Shown: positions 19,055-28,146 of the stretch, piece after piece | How positions within the stretch are numbered: position 1 is the first letter of the stretch | How the letters are laid out: each line of letters starts with the position of its first letter | Assembly (NCBI GenBank): GCA_963809695.1 | Contig: CAWEKI010000010.1 | Coordinates: 606,225 to 670,224, forward strand | Direction of reading: 5' to 3' | Length of the DNA: 64,000 nucleotides | Source: an uncultured Bacteroidota bacterium | GTDB lineage: Bacteria; Bacteroidota; Ignavibacteria; UBA10030; UBA6906 | Made by a program: the position numbers and the translations under genes | Notes under the pieces: generated by a model | The model's database searches: none | What the model saw: the letters and a program-made list of their open reading frames with translations, nothing else | Told to the model about the DNA's origin: nothing

Positions 19055-19786
19055 TTACTTCGAGCTTAATTCCGGCAACAATTCGATGATGTCTTCATCG
19101 ATTCTGCTGACGTTCTGGCCGAGATCGTCCAGAAAGCGCGCATACGCGCCTGGGCCAGCGACTTCATCATATCCGTCGGCCAGCGCCTTTCCCATCGGCT
19201 GCTCAAGGTCGACAAACCCCTTTTGAAGCCGCACGGCAATCACCCACTCGGGCTCTCCCGAGAAGAAGCTCGACCAGACCGTAACCCTCATTCCCAGCTT
19301 CTCCCACACTTTTTTCCAAATCCCGAACGACTCCATAATCCTTACCCCCCGCCCCGGTTTCGGATAGAAATGTCTGAGAAGCGCCTTCTTGAACGTGTTC
19401 GAGACAGAATCTGTGCTGAACTCCCTTCGGAGGAGCAGGTAGGCCTGGGGGGTCGCTTTCTCGACCAGCGGCATGACGTTGGTTTCATAGTCACGCGTAT
19501 GTTCGTCGCTGATGTCCTTCCGCCCTTCCAATGTGGTCCAGGAATTCGGGCCTTCATTCAGCTGGTAGGAGCCTTCATCGGATCCAGAAATGACGCTGAA
19601 TACGCGCCATTTCCAGTTCCCCGTGTGATATTTTGCCACATGTTCGGCAAGAGCCTTTTTCAACGCCGAGTCCTTCCCCGGCTTGGGGGAGACCCGATAG
19701 GTCGTGAGGGTAGATTTTTCCTGAGCATTGATAACCGTGAATGAAAGAAGCCCCGACAGGGCAAGTAGACCAAGAAAACGTCTCAT
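19055..19786 (-). CDS. Secreted hypothetical protein
   Basis: 243 aa with a signal peptide (MRRFLGLLALSGLLSFTVINAQE) and an AGGAG RBS. I recognise no family motif. Confidence 0.55.
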   Translation of the reverse strand: MRRFLGLLALSGLLSFTVINAQEKSTLTTYRVSPKPGKDSALKKALAEHVAKYHTGNWKWRVFSVISGSDEGSYQLNEGPNSWTTLEGRKDISDEHTRDYETNVMPLVEKATPQAYLLLRREFSTDSVSNTFKKALLRHFYPKPGRGVRIMESFGIWKKVWEKLGMRVTVWSSFFSGEPEWVIAVRLQKGFVDLEQPMGKALADGYDEVAGPGAYARFLDDLGQNVSRIDEDIIELLPELSSK

Positions 19787-20140
19787 AAGACGCTCCTATT
19801 GGTGAGTGGGTTGGTGAGATAAGTGAAGATTTCGAGTTCCTACAAACGAAGCCTGAAACCTCTGGAAGGGAATTGCCGGTCGCAAAGGGAAAATCGTATG
19901 ACTATGTCGGCAAGGTCTGAGAGCAGAAAAACCGTGGAGGGAACACAAGGCGAAGGTCGAGTGGTCAGAGCGGGGGGATCGGTAGTCCATTGACCTCCAT
20001 TTGCCTCTGAAATTCCCCGTTCCTGCGCGAGTGGAGAATCCGTCAAGAGGCGATAAAAAAGAACAGACGAAACAAAATGGTGGAACAGCGTACACTATTT
20101 GTTCTCAAAAGTCAAGCACAATTCTTCACAATCGGGGGGG

Positions 20141-20390
20141 GACCCCAGGTCGCGAGAGCGTTGAGATTCTACGACGAGGTAGGCAAAGCGGGTACACTCA
20201 TTTGGGAAGTGCCATCGGGCAGGTTCCCGCTCGTCGAAGCGGGTCCCGTTCCGAGAGAGCGGAACGGGACGGCGAATCCCGGTCCACCCAAAGTTAGCGA
20301 GACGACGTCGAAGCTAACTTTGTTGGCGGACCGAGGATCCCGCTCTCGTCGTAGGTTGTGAAAAGTGAGCGGGACTGCCGACCTGGGGTT
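20141..20390. ncRNA. Candidate structured RNA of unknown class (closing helix plus four internal perfect hairpins)
   Basis: A 12-bp closing helix pairs 20141-20152 with 20379-20390 (CCCCAGGTCG/CGACCTGGGG core). Internal hairpins are 20226-31/20238-43, 20243-53/20260-70 (11 bp), 20290-98/20313-21 (9 bp) and 20338-45/20367-74 (8 bp). A competing 10-bp pairing joins 20169-78 with 20345-54. The element lies in an 839-nt coding-free divergent intergenic region. Confidence 0.4.
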
Positions 20391-20625
20391 ATTGAAGCTG
20401 AAGCTTCCCAGGATCAACAATCACCGAGCATCAACAGGCTGCTCTGCCATCACAGTGGTCAAGATGCGGCCAGAAGAAGATTCATGTTTTTCACGCCGGA
20501 TTCAGGCTAATGATTGAGTATAGAGGGGTCCTGCTTGACTCTCAACCGGAGGTTTTCCATCTTGATATTGCATAGATTCAAGCGGGAAATGCTCAGATCC
20601 CCATACTTATTTGCCTTAGCACAAA

Positions 20626-21750
20626 ATGAGGAGCCATCCGATTACAGAGGCCAGCCGTTGTGGCGAGTGCATTCTCCCGGATTCGCTTCCGGGTGTCAGG
20701 CTTGACGATCGCGGGAGCTGCAATTACTGCCGTGATTTCATCCGGCGGGAAGGGCGGAACCCCCTCCCCTCCGCGGCAGTGCGCCATCAGCAACTCGACC
20801 GCCTTGTTGCCAGGTACCGGAAACCGAATGCAAGGTATGATTGTCTCGTCCCCGTCAGCGGCGGCAAAGATAGCATGCTGGTGCTGTATGCAGCCTGCCG
20901 TCTCCTCCAACTCAAAGTGCTGGCATACAACTTCGACAATGGATTCCAGTCGGCCAAGGCACGCGAGAATATTCAGCGCGCAGTGAACATCCTTGGGGTG
21001 GACCTGTTCACCTATAAACCGAGCGAGAGTCAATTGCACAAACTCATGAAGGTGTTTCTCGCTCGAGCCGGAGAATTCTGTACACCCTGCAATCTCATCA
21101 TTCAGGCGGCAGCGTACCAGATTGCGACACAGAATCGTATTTCACTGATCCTGCTGGGAGGTTCGACCAGACTCTTCGGCGGCATCCAAGGAGTCAGTGC
21201 CTCCAAATATGCCGATCGCGCCTACTACAAAAATGTTCTCAAGGGTCACGTTAACTTCGAGGAGGTGGAACGGTTTGTCATCAAGAACCCATGGAGTCGG
21301 GCGATGCGCCGATATCTGCACACAGGGCCCACACTTGTGGACGTGCTCGATCTTGTTTATCCCGGCCTCCAACAGGCGCGCGAACTGCTCGAGAAGGAGA
21401 TCGGATGGCGACCAACATCTGATGAACTCGAACACGGCGACTGCGTATTAAACCCGCTGAAGGATTATCTTCAGAACAGAAAGTGGGGCTACTCCGAAGT
21501 CACCCAATCCTACAGCTCTCTCGTTCGAACGAAGCAGTTGACCCGTGAGGAGGCTCTGCACAACGCGGAAGCGGACGAAACTCGAGAACCACCACCTATA
21601 CTGGAGACGTTCCTGGCGCGAATAGGAATGTCCCGGGTGGAGTTTGACCAGACCGTGCATCGGCATTTCAGTGAGTTTCCGAACTACCCGCAGAGCACAT
21701 GGTACCGGACGGGAAAGCGAGCCGTTGCCCTGTTGCGCAAGCTCCTGTGA
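20626..21750 (+). CDS. PP-loop ATP-pyrophosphatase family protein, N-acetyl-sugar amidotransferase-like
   Basis: 374 aa. It has an N-terminal Cys-rich knuckle (CGECILPDS.PG...D..G.CNYC) followed by the PP-loop CLVPVSGGKDS. Confidence 0.7.
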   Translation: MRSHPITEASRCGECILPDSLPGVRLDDRGSCNYCRDFIRREGRNPLPSAAVRHQQLDRLVARYRKPNARYDCLVPVSGGKDSMLVLYAACRLLQLKVLAYNFDNGFQSAKARENIQRAVNILGVDLFTYKPSESQLHKLMKVFLARAGEFCTPCNLIIQAAAYQIATQNRISLILLGGSTRLFGGIQGVSASKYADRAYYKNVLKGHVNFEEVERFVIKNPWSRAMRRYLHTGPTLVDVLDLVYPGLQQARELLEKEIGWRPTSDELEHGDCVLNPLKDYLQNRKWGYSEVTQSYSSLVRTKQLTREEALHNAEADETREPPPILETFLARIGMSRVEFDQTVHRHFSEFPNYPQSTWYRTGKRAVALLRKLL

Positions 21751-22001
21751 ATCATGCTTTCTCTTTTCTTGCCTTGGCATCCTATCCGCCCTCGGACCTG
21801 CCAGGCTTACTGAGGTGGACATTGATAATGTGGTGAATCCCAAATGTTTCCGACTTAATCCGCTGGCGCCCACTCCCATGTGAACCTGACAATTGACCCG
21901 ACCGGATTTCCGCAATAGACTTCTCGAAAGTCAATCACACGAAGGTTCGTTGCCATATCCCCTCACCCCTCCCGGATAAATTCTGACAGCGACCCTGTCA
22001 A

Positions 22002-24299
22002 TTAATGCTTGGATCTTTTCTTGGGTGTTACGGAAGTTGCAGACGCAATGAGTTCTGCGATCGCCTTCCGGGCCACCTCATAGCGATAACCCTCCTCTGG
22101 ATATGATGGCTGAGATTTTCTACTCATCTCTGAACCTATGTAGCCAGGGCGCTGATCTATCGCCCAAGGCACAACGGCATCAATGATACGAGATACCTCT
22201 GTTGTCAGTCCGAGACTCCGTGCGAGGTAGATATACTCAAAGTCTTGCTGTCCACGGCGCCAGTTCTTCAATCGAATGTTTGCGATCGGCCCACGGATTC
22301 CCTTGTCCGAAGGCCCTCCAAAGAAGAGCGATTGACCAGGATACATGAGCAGTCCATTTCCCCAGATCCTGTCATCCCAGTGATCATCCGCAGGGCCAGC
22401 TCCGGCTGTATCCCAATTGTAATATTGAACCGGTCTCACCCATACATCCCATCTCCCTCTATTTGGAAACATCGTGTAGGCTGATTGCCTGTACCAGTTG
22501 CAGAACATCACGAAATAGAATTCAATCCCGTATTTTGCCGCTACCCATGGACCTGACCGTGCATCTCCTGCCGATGCATCGATCATCTGAGTAATACCAA
22601 AAGCGGGCCGATTGCTGTTGTAGTATCCCACGTGCTTACCCCGCTCCCGAAGCCATGCTGCCCTTGTCTCCACATATCCTTCAGGAATGCTGTCTCCCTC
22701 AGGCGGGTTTGGCGGGAAATACACTCCCCCCGAGGGCATCCAGTAATCAATCCACGGATACATACGAGGAAAATCTAATTTCCCGGCGACGATGATTTTC
22801 AAGTTGCGGCCATTGCCAGGATTGCTTGTGAGCCAATCCTTCTTTGTACGGATGGTGTAGAGATTCACTGCCGTGTCAGCATATATGTTCCACGGCTCAT
22901 CAGTCATATACTTGACTCGTATTGTGGCATTTGCACTGTCACGAAAGAATTTCTCCCAGGCATTCGATGCACTCCACCATGACTCCCGAGTCTCATACCC
23001 TGCAGCATCTGCAAATCCAGTCGTTATCGCACCCGCATTCTTGAAGATACAATAGAGAGTAGTAGCATGAGCCACTACCGATGAGAGATAGTCATTCAAG
23101 AATGTCATGGTCTTTCCGTCACCAGAGATGCCCGTCACAGAAAATCTCTTGTTGTTGTTTGCAGAGTTATCAGAGATATAGCCTAGTTTGCCAACTTTCC
23201 AACCATCTGTGATAAACGACCCAGTTGTCCGCGTAAAAGTGTGAGTCCTATGTGTTAGCGATTCTCCACTCGTCAAAGCCGTTTTAGCATTCTGATCGTA
23301 AATCCCAATTGCATACATGGGCATACCGACGTTCTGCCCCGGTCCCTCGTAACCCTCCGAAGCTGAAAATCTCCAACCGCTGAAGAATCCTCCCATCCTG
23401 GCACCATCATATAAATATGTTGATGACATCGTTTCATCTACCTCAAGCCGGTGTCTGTGCCCCATTCGATAGTAGGCAGCCATAATGGAATCCATGGATG
23501 AGCCCTTCCTCCAGATATTCGACACAAGAAAGTTCTGCTCTATTCCCTGCCGGTCTGCATACGCCCAGGCCGGAAAGTGGGTTACATCCGGGAGGTCAAA
23601 GTTGTAAACAGCAAGTTGCACTGGGATCGCGCGCCGCAGTGTTCCGCTCTCCGTCACTTTTATTGTCCCATTGTAGAATCCAGCCACCGCAGTTTTTGGG
23701 ATGTAGATATCTATCCATACCCCCTGGACTCTGGCCTTGTCGATATCAAATGGAGCGCCATCTTTAGGAGATTCAAACGGTATGAGTCCATCAGGAACAT
23801 ACTTCACATCACCGGATCCAGTTGGACGATAGTAGTGAGAGGGACCAGCATAGTCAGGATGGCCGTCAGTTGACCCATGACCCGGATAGAAGTACCACAT
23901 CAACGAGCCACTTCCGCTTCCCTGGGAGTCAATCTTTGCATAGTCCTCTTTGAAGAGTTCTATATATCTCCCAACATATTGTGATGGATCTTTAGATGTG
24001 TTCTTGATCGTATAGCGCGAATTGTAGAGTCTATCCAGTGTTACATTCACGCGTGTAGCCTTACCAGTTGAGCTCGCTTGAATCAACAGCTGGAACCCAA
24101 CAACCTCATTCCTTCCCCCAAAGACGTGGATAGAATCTTGAACCCAAACAAGATTTGAATCTATCATCCAGCGCATCGTTGTATCAGTCTGCACTATCTT
24201 GTGAGTCTCGTCCACTGCATATACACGGTAGATGTTGTTTGTCGCTGCTACGGATTGAGCGACAACAATTATCAAGAGAAGTATGCCTTGCTTTCTCAA
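22002..24299 (-). CDS. Secreted glycoside-hydrolase-like protein (DUF4091/GH123-like C-terminal signature)
   Basis: 765 aa. A TTG start preserves the signal peptide (RKQGILLLIIVVAQSVAA). The C-terminal ..IRLKNWRRGQQDFEYIYLA resembles the DUF4091 signature. The assignment is from memory. Confidence 0.5.
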   Translation of the reverse strand: MRKQGILLLIIVVAQSVAATNNIYRVYAVDETHKIVQTDTTMRWMIDSNLVWVQDSIHVFGGRNEVVGFQLLIQASSTGKATRVNVTLDRLYNSRYTIKNTSKDPSQYVGRYIELFKEDYAKIDSQGSGSGSLMWYFYPGHGSTDGHPDYAGPSHYYRPTGSGDVKYVPDGLIPFESPKDGAPFDIDKARVQGVWIDIYIPKTAVAGFYNGTIKVTESGTLRRAIPVQLAVYNFDLPDVTHFPAWAYADRQGIEQNFLVSNIWRKGSSMDSIMAAYYRMGHRHRLEVDETMSSTYLYDGARMGGFFSGWRFSASEGYEGPGQNVGMPMYAIGIYDQNAKTALTSGESLTHRTHTFTRTTGSFITDGWKVGKLGYISDNSANNNKRFSVTGISGDGKTMTFLNDYLSSVVAHATTLYCIFKNAGAITTGFADAAGYETRESWWSASNAWEKFFRDSANATIRVKYMTDEPWNIYADTAVNLYTIRTKKDWLTSNPGNGRNLKIIVAGKLDFPRMYPWIDYWMPSGGVYFPPNPPEGDSIPEGYVETRAAWLRERGKHVGYYNSNRPAFGITQMIDASAGDARSGPWVAAKYGIEFYFVMFCNWYRQSAYTMFPNRGRWDVWVRPVQYYNWDTAGAGPADDHWDDRIWGNGLLMYPGQSLFFGGPSDKGIRGPIANIRLKNWRRGQQDFEYIYLARSLGLTTEVSRIIDAVVPWAIDQRPGYIGSEMSRKSQPSYPEEGYRYEVARKAIAELIASATSVTPKKRSKH

Positions 24300-24936
24300 A
24301 AGTAACTCGCATTCAATTGAAACGTGCTACCCGACGCTCGTTAACAACACAACAACGCGACATCTAAGATTTGCGGTTCGATCCGTACAACGGTTTGGGT
24401 AACCGTGGTTTTGTTCTCGGTGGGATTCGATTTAAGCACTTGTAGAGCGACCGCACATTCAGACGCACACTTCTCACTCTTCCTTCATCACTCTCCCCTC
24501 TTCCCTCTCTTGTGCCCTCCGCCAAAAAGATGGCGGACAGGTCGGGCAGTCCTTCGACCCTTCGACTTTGCTCACGGTCGCTCAGGGCTGCGACCTCAAA
24601 TGCCTCCAGGATACTATGTAGACTTCGGGCAGATTCCCCCGAAGGTCCGAAGGTCTCCTCGTTGTTCGTCCCCAGAGGGAGGACTACCGACCTGCGGTTT
24701 ACTCCCAAAATCACATCACATAACGAGCGGGGCGAGTTAGAAATCTGATTCGTTCGCTGATTGCACAGAATCCGATCTGGCTTGAGGGATTTCTCTGCCC
24801 CTTCTGATGCCGGCGTGAGCAGAGGAACTGTGAGAGCAATATAAGATCCGACTCGAACGTTGTCAAATGAGGCGACCAATTTCAGCCATTGACGACATCT
24901 CGCGGCTCACACCGATAATTGTCCGGAACTGTCGCC

Positions 24937-25518
24937 CTATTTCACGATCCTAATCTGATACACCTCCACCAGATAGAGGTAGAAAAACGCAAGGGAAATC
25001 ACTAGAATCAAAACGCCCAAAACGGGTGAGATCACCTCAATGCCGCCCTTGAAAGAGAATTTCAGAACTGAACTCACCGGCGTTTTGTTCGCGTCCCTCG
25101 CATACGGATCAGGTCTAGCAAACTGCAACCAGGAGAGCAGAAGCCCGGACAACACAATTAGTACCACTATCCAGAAAATGATGCGAGAGGAGGTCAGTTG
25201 CCATTTAAACACCTCTTCCGTGTGCCGATAGTCAGCTACCTGGCTCTTATCGTACTCAATGCGCGTAGCAATCTCCTGAATGGCAAGGGCCTCTCGAACA
25301 GAGTCGATTCCCGGCGAAGAAGGTTGCGGCAATGTCGCGACATGAGCAGTGCTGATATTCTTTGACGTCGTTTCTGAGGTCATCAAATCCTTGTACAACC
25401 GATCCTTTTCAGTCAATCCTTCGGGGCGTTCTTTGGGAGGCACGCCTATTTGTGCCTGAACAGAGACAGAGAATAGTATCCCCATGGCCAGAGGAGAGAG
25501 CCATTTCATCGGGTTCAT
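24937..25518 (-). CDS. Membrane protein of unknown function (signal peptide plus two C-terminal TM helices)
   Basis: 193 aa: MNPMKWLSPLAMGILFSVSVQA, then IIFWIVVLIVLSGLLLSWL and VISPVLGVLILVISLAFFYLYLV. It starts 9 nt after the upstream gene's stop codon. Confidence 0.5.
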   Translation of the reverse strand: MNPMKWLSPLAMGILFSVSVQAQIGVPPKERPEGLTEKDRLYKDLMTSETTSKNISTAHVATLPQPSSPGIDSVREALAIQEIATRIEYDKSQVADYRHTEEVFKWQLTSSRIIFWIVVLIVLSGLLLSWLQFARPDPYARDANKTPVSSVLKFSFKGGIEVISPVLGVLILVISLAFFYLYLVEVYQIRIVK

Positions 25519-25527
25519 TTTACCCCC

Positions 25528-25884
25528 CTACTTCTTGGTGCATTTCAAGTCAACGAGTTTTCGGATTGCTGACATTCGAGCATCCGCCGTCGCAGTGAAC
25601 GACTCTTTCTCTTTAGAAAACTTCTCCTTTAGGGCTTTGGCCTCCTTGCCGGCGTATGTATCATCAACTAGCACATCAAGGATATCAAGGAGCGCCTGAT
25701 TATGCTGCTGAAACCATTTATGATCCACGGGGATCTGATCCGGTGTTGGCTGGGAGGACCCATTTCCTATATTAATATCTGGAAGTGGCGGTGGATGTAT
25801 GATTACCTGTGTACTGTCCTGATCCTGCGCGTAACTTAAGGCACACAACAGAGCAAGTGCAGCACAGACAATGGAATATCGCAT
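25528..25884 (-). CDS. Small secreted hypothetical protein
   Basis: I prefer the ATG at 25884, which has a strong RBS (AAGGAGGCTCTT), giving MRYSIVCAALALLCALSYAQ as a signal peptide. The upstream part of ORF 25528..25947 has no RBS. Confidence 0.5.
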   Translation of the reverse strand: MRYSIVCAALALLCALSYAQDQDSTQVIIHPPPLPDINIGNGSSQPTPDQIPVDHKWFQQHNQALLDILDVLVDDTYAGKEAKALKEKFSKEKESFTATADARMSAIRKLVDLKCTKK

Positions 25885-26245
25885 AAGAGCCTCCTTGCTG
25901 TTAATGATGTCGTACCGGCCTGTAACGATCCCGTTCTCGTCCGGCAAATCACTCCATTCTTGCCTTACTTGATATATTCATAAGCATTGAAATCCCCAAG
26001 ACAAGCAGCCTTACGACAATCCTCGCTTGCGAGTCAGATAGCCGACCGCTTTGAGGTACTGGTCGCCACAGCCAGGCGACCATCTTGGAGACTCAGATTG
26101 AGTCTCTCTGCATCCGTCAACGATCAACTCTCACACGCAATCCTTCGGACACCAGCTTCCCCCGCGGAAGAACTCCTCATTGTTTACCCATTGTGCCCCG
26201 ATCCAAACCAAGTACTTGGCGAGATACTCTGGTACCTAACATACG

Positions 26246-27217
26246 CTAGCGTTTGTCCAGTCTTCTATCATCTCTAGAACTCAAATCCTGGTCGACGATG
26301 AGCGGCTCAAGAAGCTCTGAAATGGCTGGGATCACCTCCAGCCTTGCTGCCACAGATTGATTTGTTTCCTTGTCATAGTACACAGTGTTGAAAACGTACG
26401 CAGGTTGCAGATACTTTTGTTCTTCAAGAAACCCACGCTCAAAATAGCCAAAAGTCACACTGCTTACTCTTGCATACCCACCATTCTTCAGACGTGTTTG
26501 CATCAATGTCATGAAGTCTTCTTTTGCCTCTGCATACTGCTTGATTCTCTGCCCCTTTTTGAACGGCTTCCAGTTTCTCCATTCCTTCTGGTATCCGCTG
26601 ACCCTCCCTTCGTTATCAAAATGTATTTTGACAAACCCACCGTAGCCCACGATTTCCACTTTGTCAAGCATTCTGCCAAAAATGGCAATTGCCTCGTCGA
26701 TGGTTTCCACAGGCTTGCCATCCGGACCTTGAACTGCATTATGCAGGTATTGGGTCTTCACAAATTTGATCTCTTCGGGCTGCATCCCCATAGTGTCCCG
26801 CACATAACGGTTTGCCAGCTCCTGTACCTTTTTCTCTTCTAGTGCGGGAAACTTCCCCGGCCGTTCGACCATGAAACGTGCGGAATCGATGTACATTTCG
26901 GCACCAGTTGCAGGCGACACCAGTACAGCATGCGTTTTAGTTCTAAAGACAATTCCGAATTTTGTTTCCTCGAAGTTGCCCACTGACTTGAGATTCAACA
27001 TAGCTAGTTTTTTGTTGAAGGCGGCCCTGTCAAGGGCCTCAGGTGAGTGAACGTAAACGTCCAATTCTTGTGGTACAGTCCCTTGCAGTTCCGATTTGAA
27101 AACAACATCGAGTTTCGGCTGTTCTTTTGGACACCCGGAGAGTGCCAACGCAATAACAATGTACGACAGAGCAGTTGGTCCGAATACCCAGGCAAATCTC
27201 TTATGTGATGAGTCCAT
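26246..27217 (-). CDS. Hypothetical lipoprotein
   Basis: 323 aa with a lipobox-like ..IALALSGC after an N-terminal hydrophobic stretch. I recognise no family motif. Confidence 0.55.
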   Translation of the reverse strand: MDSSHKRFAWVFGPTALSYIVIALALSGCPKEQPKLDVVFKSELQGTVPQELDVYVHSPEALDRAAFNKKLAMLNLKSVGNFEETKFGIVFRTKTHAVLVSPATGAEMYIDSARFMVERPGKFPALEEKKVQELANRYVRDTMGMQPEEIKFVKTQYLHNAVQGPDGKPVETIDEAIAIFGRMLDKVEIVGYGGFVKIHFDNEGRVSGYQKEWRNWKPFKKGQRIKQYAEAKEDFMTLMQTRLKNGGYARVSSVTFGYFERGFLEEQKYLQPAYVFNTVYYDKETNQSVAARLEVIPAISELLEPLIVDQDLSSRDDRRLDKR

Positions 27218-27261
27218 GGTTGATACCTCCGCATCATAGTCATTGATTCAGAAGAATCATG

Positions 27262-28047
27262 TCATTGTATCCATGACCAAGCTCTCCATGCAACAGGAGA
27301 AACCGGCGCAATCGACCAACCGAGTTTTTCGTTGTCTCTCCGATTGATTGCATCGGCCTGTGAAGAGCCGTACGCCATCACCACTGCTTCTTCTCCCGAA
27401 TTCCTCGCAGAAAACCATGCGTTCTTGATCGACTGTCTGAAAAAGGGAAAGTTGAGGAGCAGGGCAAAACTGGACCCGCGACCGGGGGTAGAAAATAGGT
27501 CACCGTCTCCACCTGTGATGACGTGAAGACCTCTTGCAACTCCATCCCAATGACTCAAATCAGAAAGCTCTAACGAGTGGCATGAGACCAAGAACAAGTA
27601 CCGCAAGCTTCTGTCCCCCAATTTCCACCATTGCTTCTTGTTGAAGTACGTATACGAACGGCAAGTGCTTGAACCGTCTATAGTTCTTGTTGTGCCTGTT
27701 GTTATTCTGAATGCTTCACTGGTAGAACCGCCATGCGAATGGAGGTAAATAGCCGTTACGTTATCACCATATGAGCAATCAAGTCCACCGGACACGCTGC
27801 AATCCACCATGTCATCAGGCCAGAAGGAAGTGTTGCCAAAGACGAATTTGCGTACGTTCCCAAAAGCGGTCATCATATCCACAAATCCATACACATCGTT
27901 GTCAGCATCTGGAAGTTGGACGTTGCCGCATGCGTCATTATTGGCGTATTCTCCGCCAACATCAAAGCCGACAAGAAGGAATGATAGCACGATGACAATC
28001 CAGGACAATCCGGTGTGATGGGAGGCAGGATGGTTCGATGTCTTCAT
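27262..28047 (-). CDS. Membrane-anchored or secreted hypothetical protein with a clan-CD-like His/Cys dyad pattern
   Basis: 261 aa with an AGGAGGG RBS and an N-terminal TM/signal anchor (LSWIVIVLSFLLVGF). A hydrophobic strand plus H-G (VTAIYLHSHGG) is followed ~51 residues later by a hydrophobic strand plus S-C (RYLFLVSCHS). Confidence 0.5.
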   Translation of the reverse strand: MKTSNHPASHHTGLSWIVIVLSFLLVGFDVGGEYANNDACGNVQLPDADNDVYGFVDMMTAFGNVRKFVFGNTSFWPDDMVDCSVSGGLDCSYGDNVTAIYLHSHGGSTSEAFRITTGTTRTIDGSSTCRSYTYFNKKQWWKLGDRSLRYLFLVSCHSLELSDLSHWDGVARGLHVITGGDGDLFSTPGRGSSFALLLNFPFFRQSIKNAWFSARNSGEEAVVMAYGSSQADAINRRDNEKLGWSIAPVSPVAWRAWSWIQ

Positions 28048-28146
28048 AACATATCCCTCCTATGAGAATACAAAGGACAGCGTGATAGTAATAGTCGAAC
28101 AATTGAGCTCTGGGTTCGTCTGATGCGAAGACCCGTGCTTGATTCC

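Noticed and set aside
20134-20290. A tmRNA/tRNA-like reading of the G-run: GGGGGGGAC... at the 5' end, and CGGGA-CGGCGAA-TCCCG-GTCCACCC resembling a T-arm plus acceptor 3' strand.
   Set aside because: The loop is not a TPsiC-type loop and there is no CCA or ACCA end. The acceptor pairing needs a G-A mismatch. There is no plausible tag reading frame ending in ..AA, and the span is far too short for tmRNA. The better-supported fold uses the 20143/20379 closing helix instead.
20141-20390. A retron msr-msd interpretation: terminal inverted repeats like a1/a2, followed by GCGAGAG as in Ec86, with long perfect hairpins.
   Set aside because: No reverse transcriptase gene is adjacent on either side. 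The downstream gene is a PP-loop amidotransferase and the upstream gene is a secreted hypothetical protein.
24364-24879. 171-aa minus-strand ORF in the 24.3-24.9 kb gap.
   Set aside because: It has no ATG/RBS context and an Arg/Ser/Glu/Pro-rich sequence without motifs. It spans the polypyrimidine tract, read as poly-purine codons, which inflates ORF length artificially.
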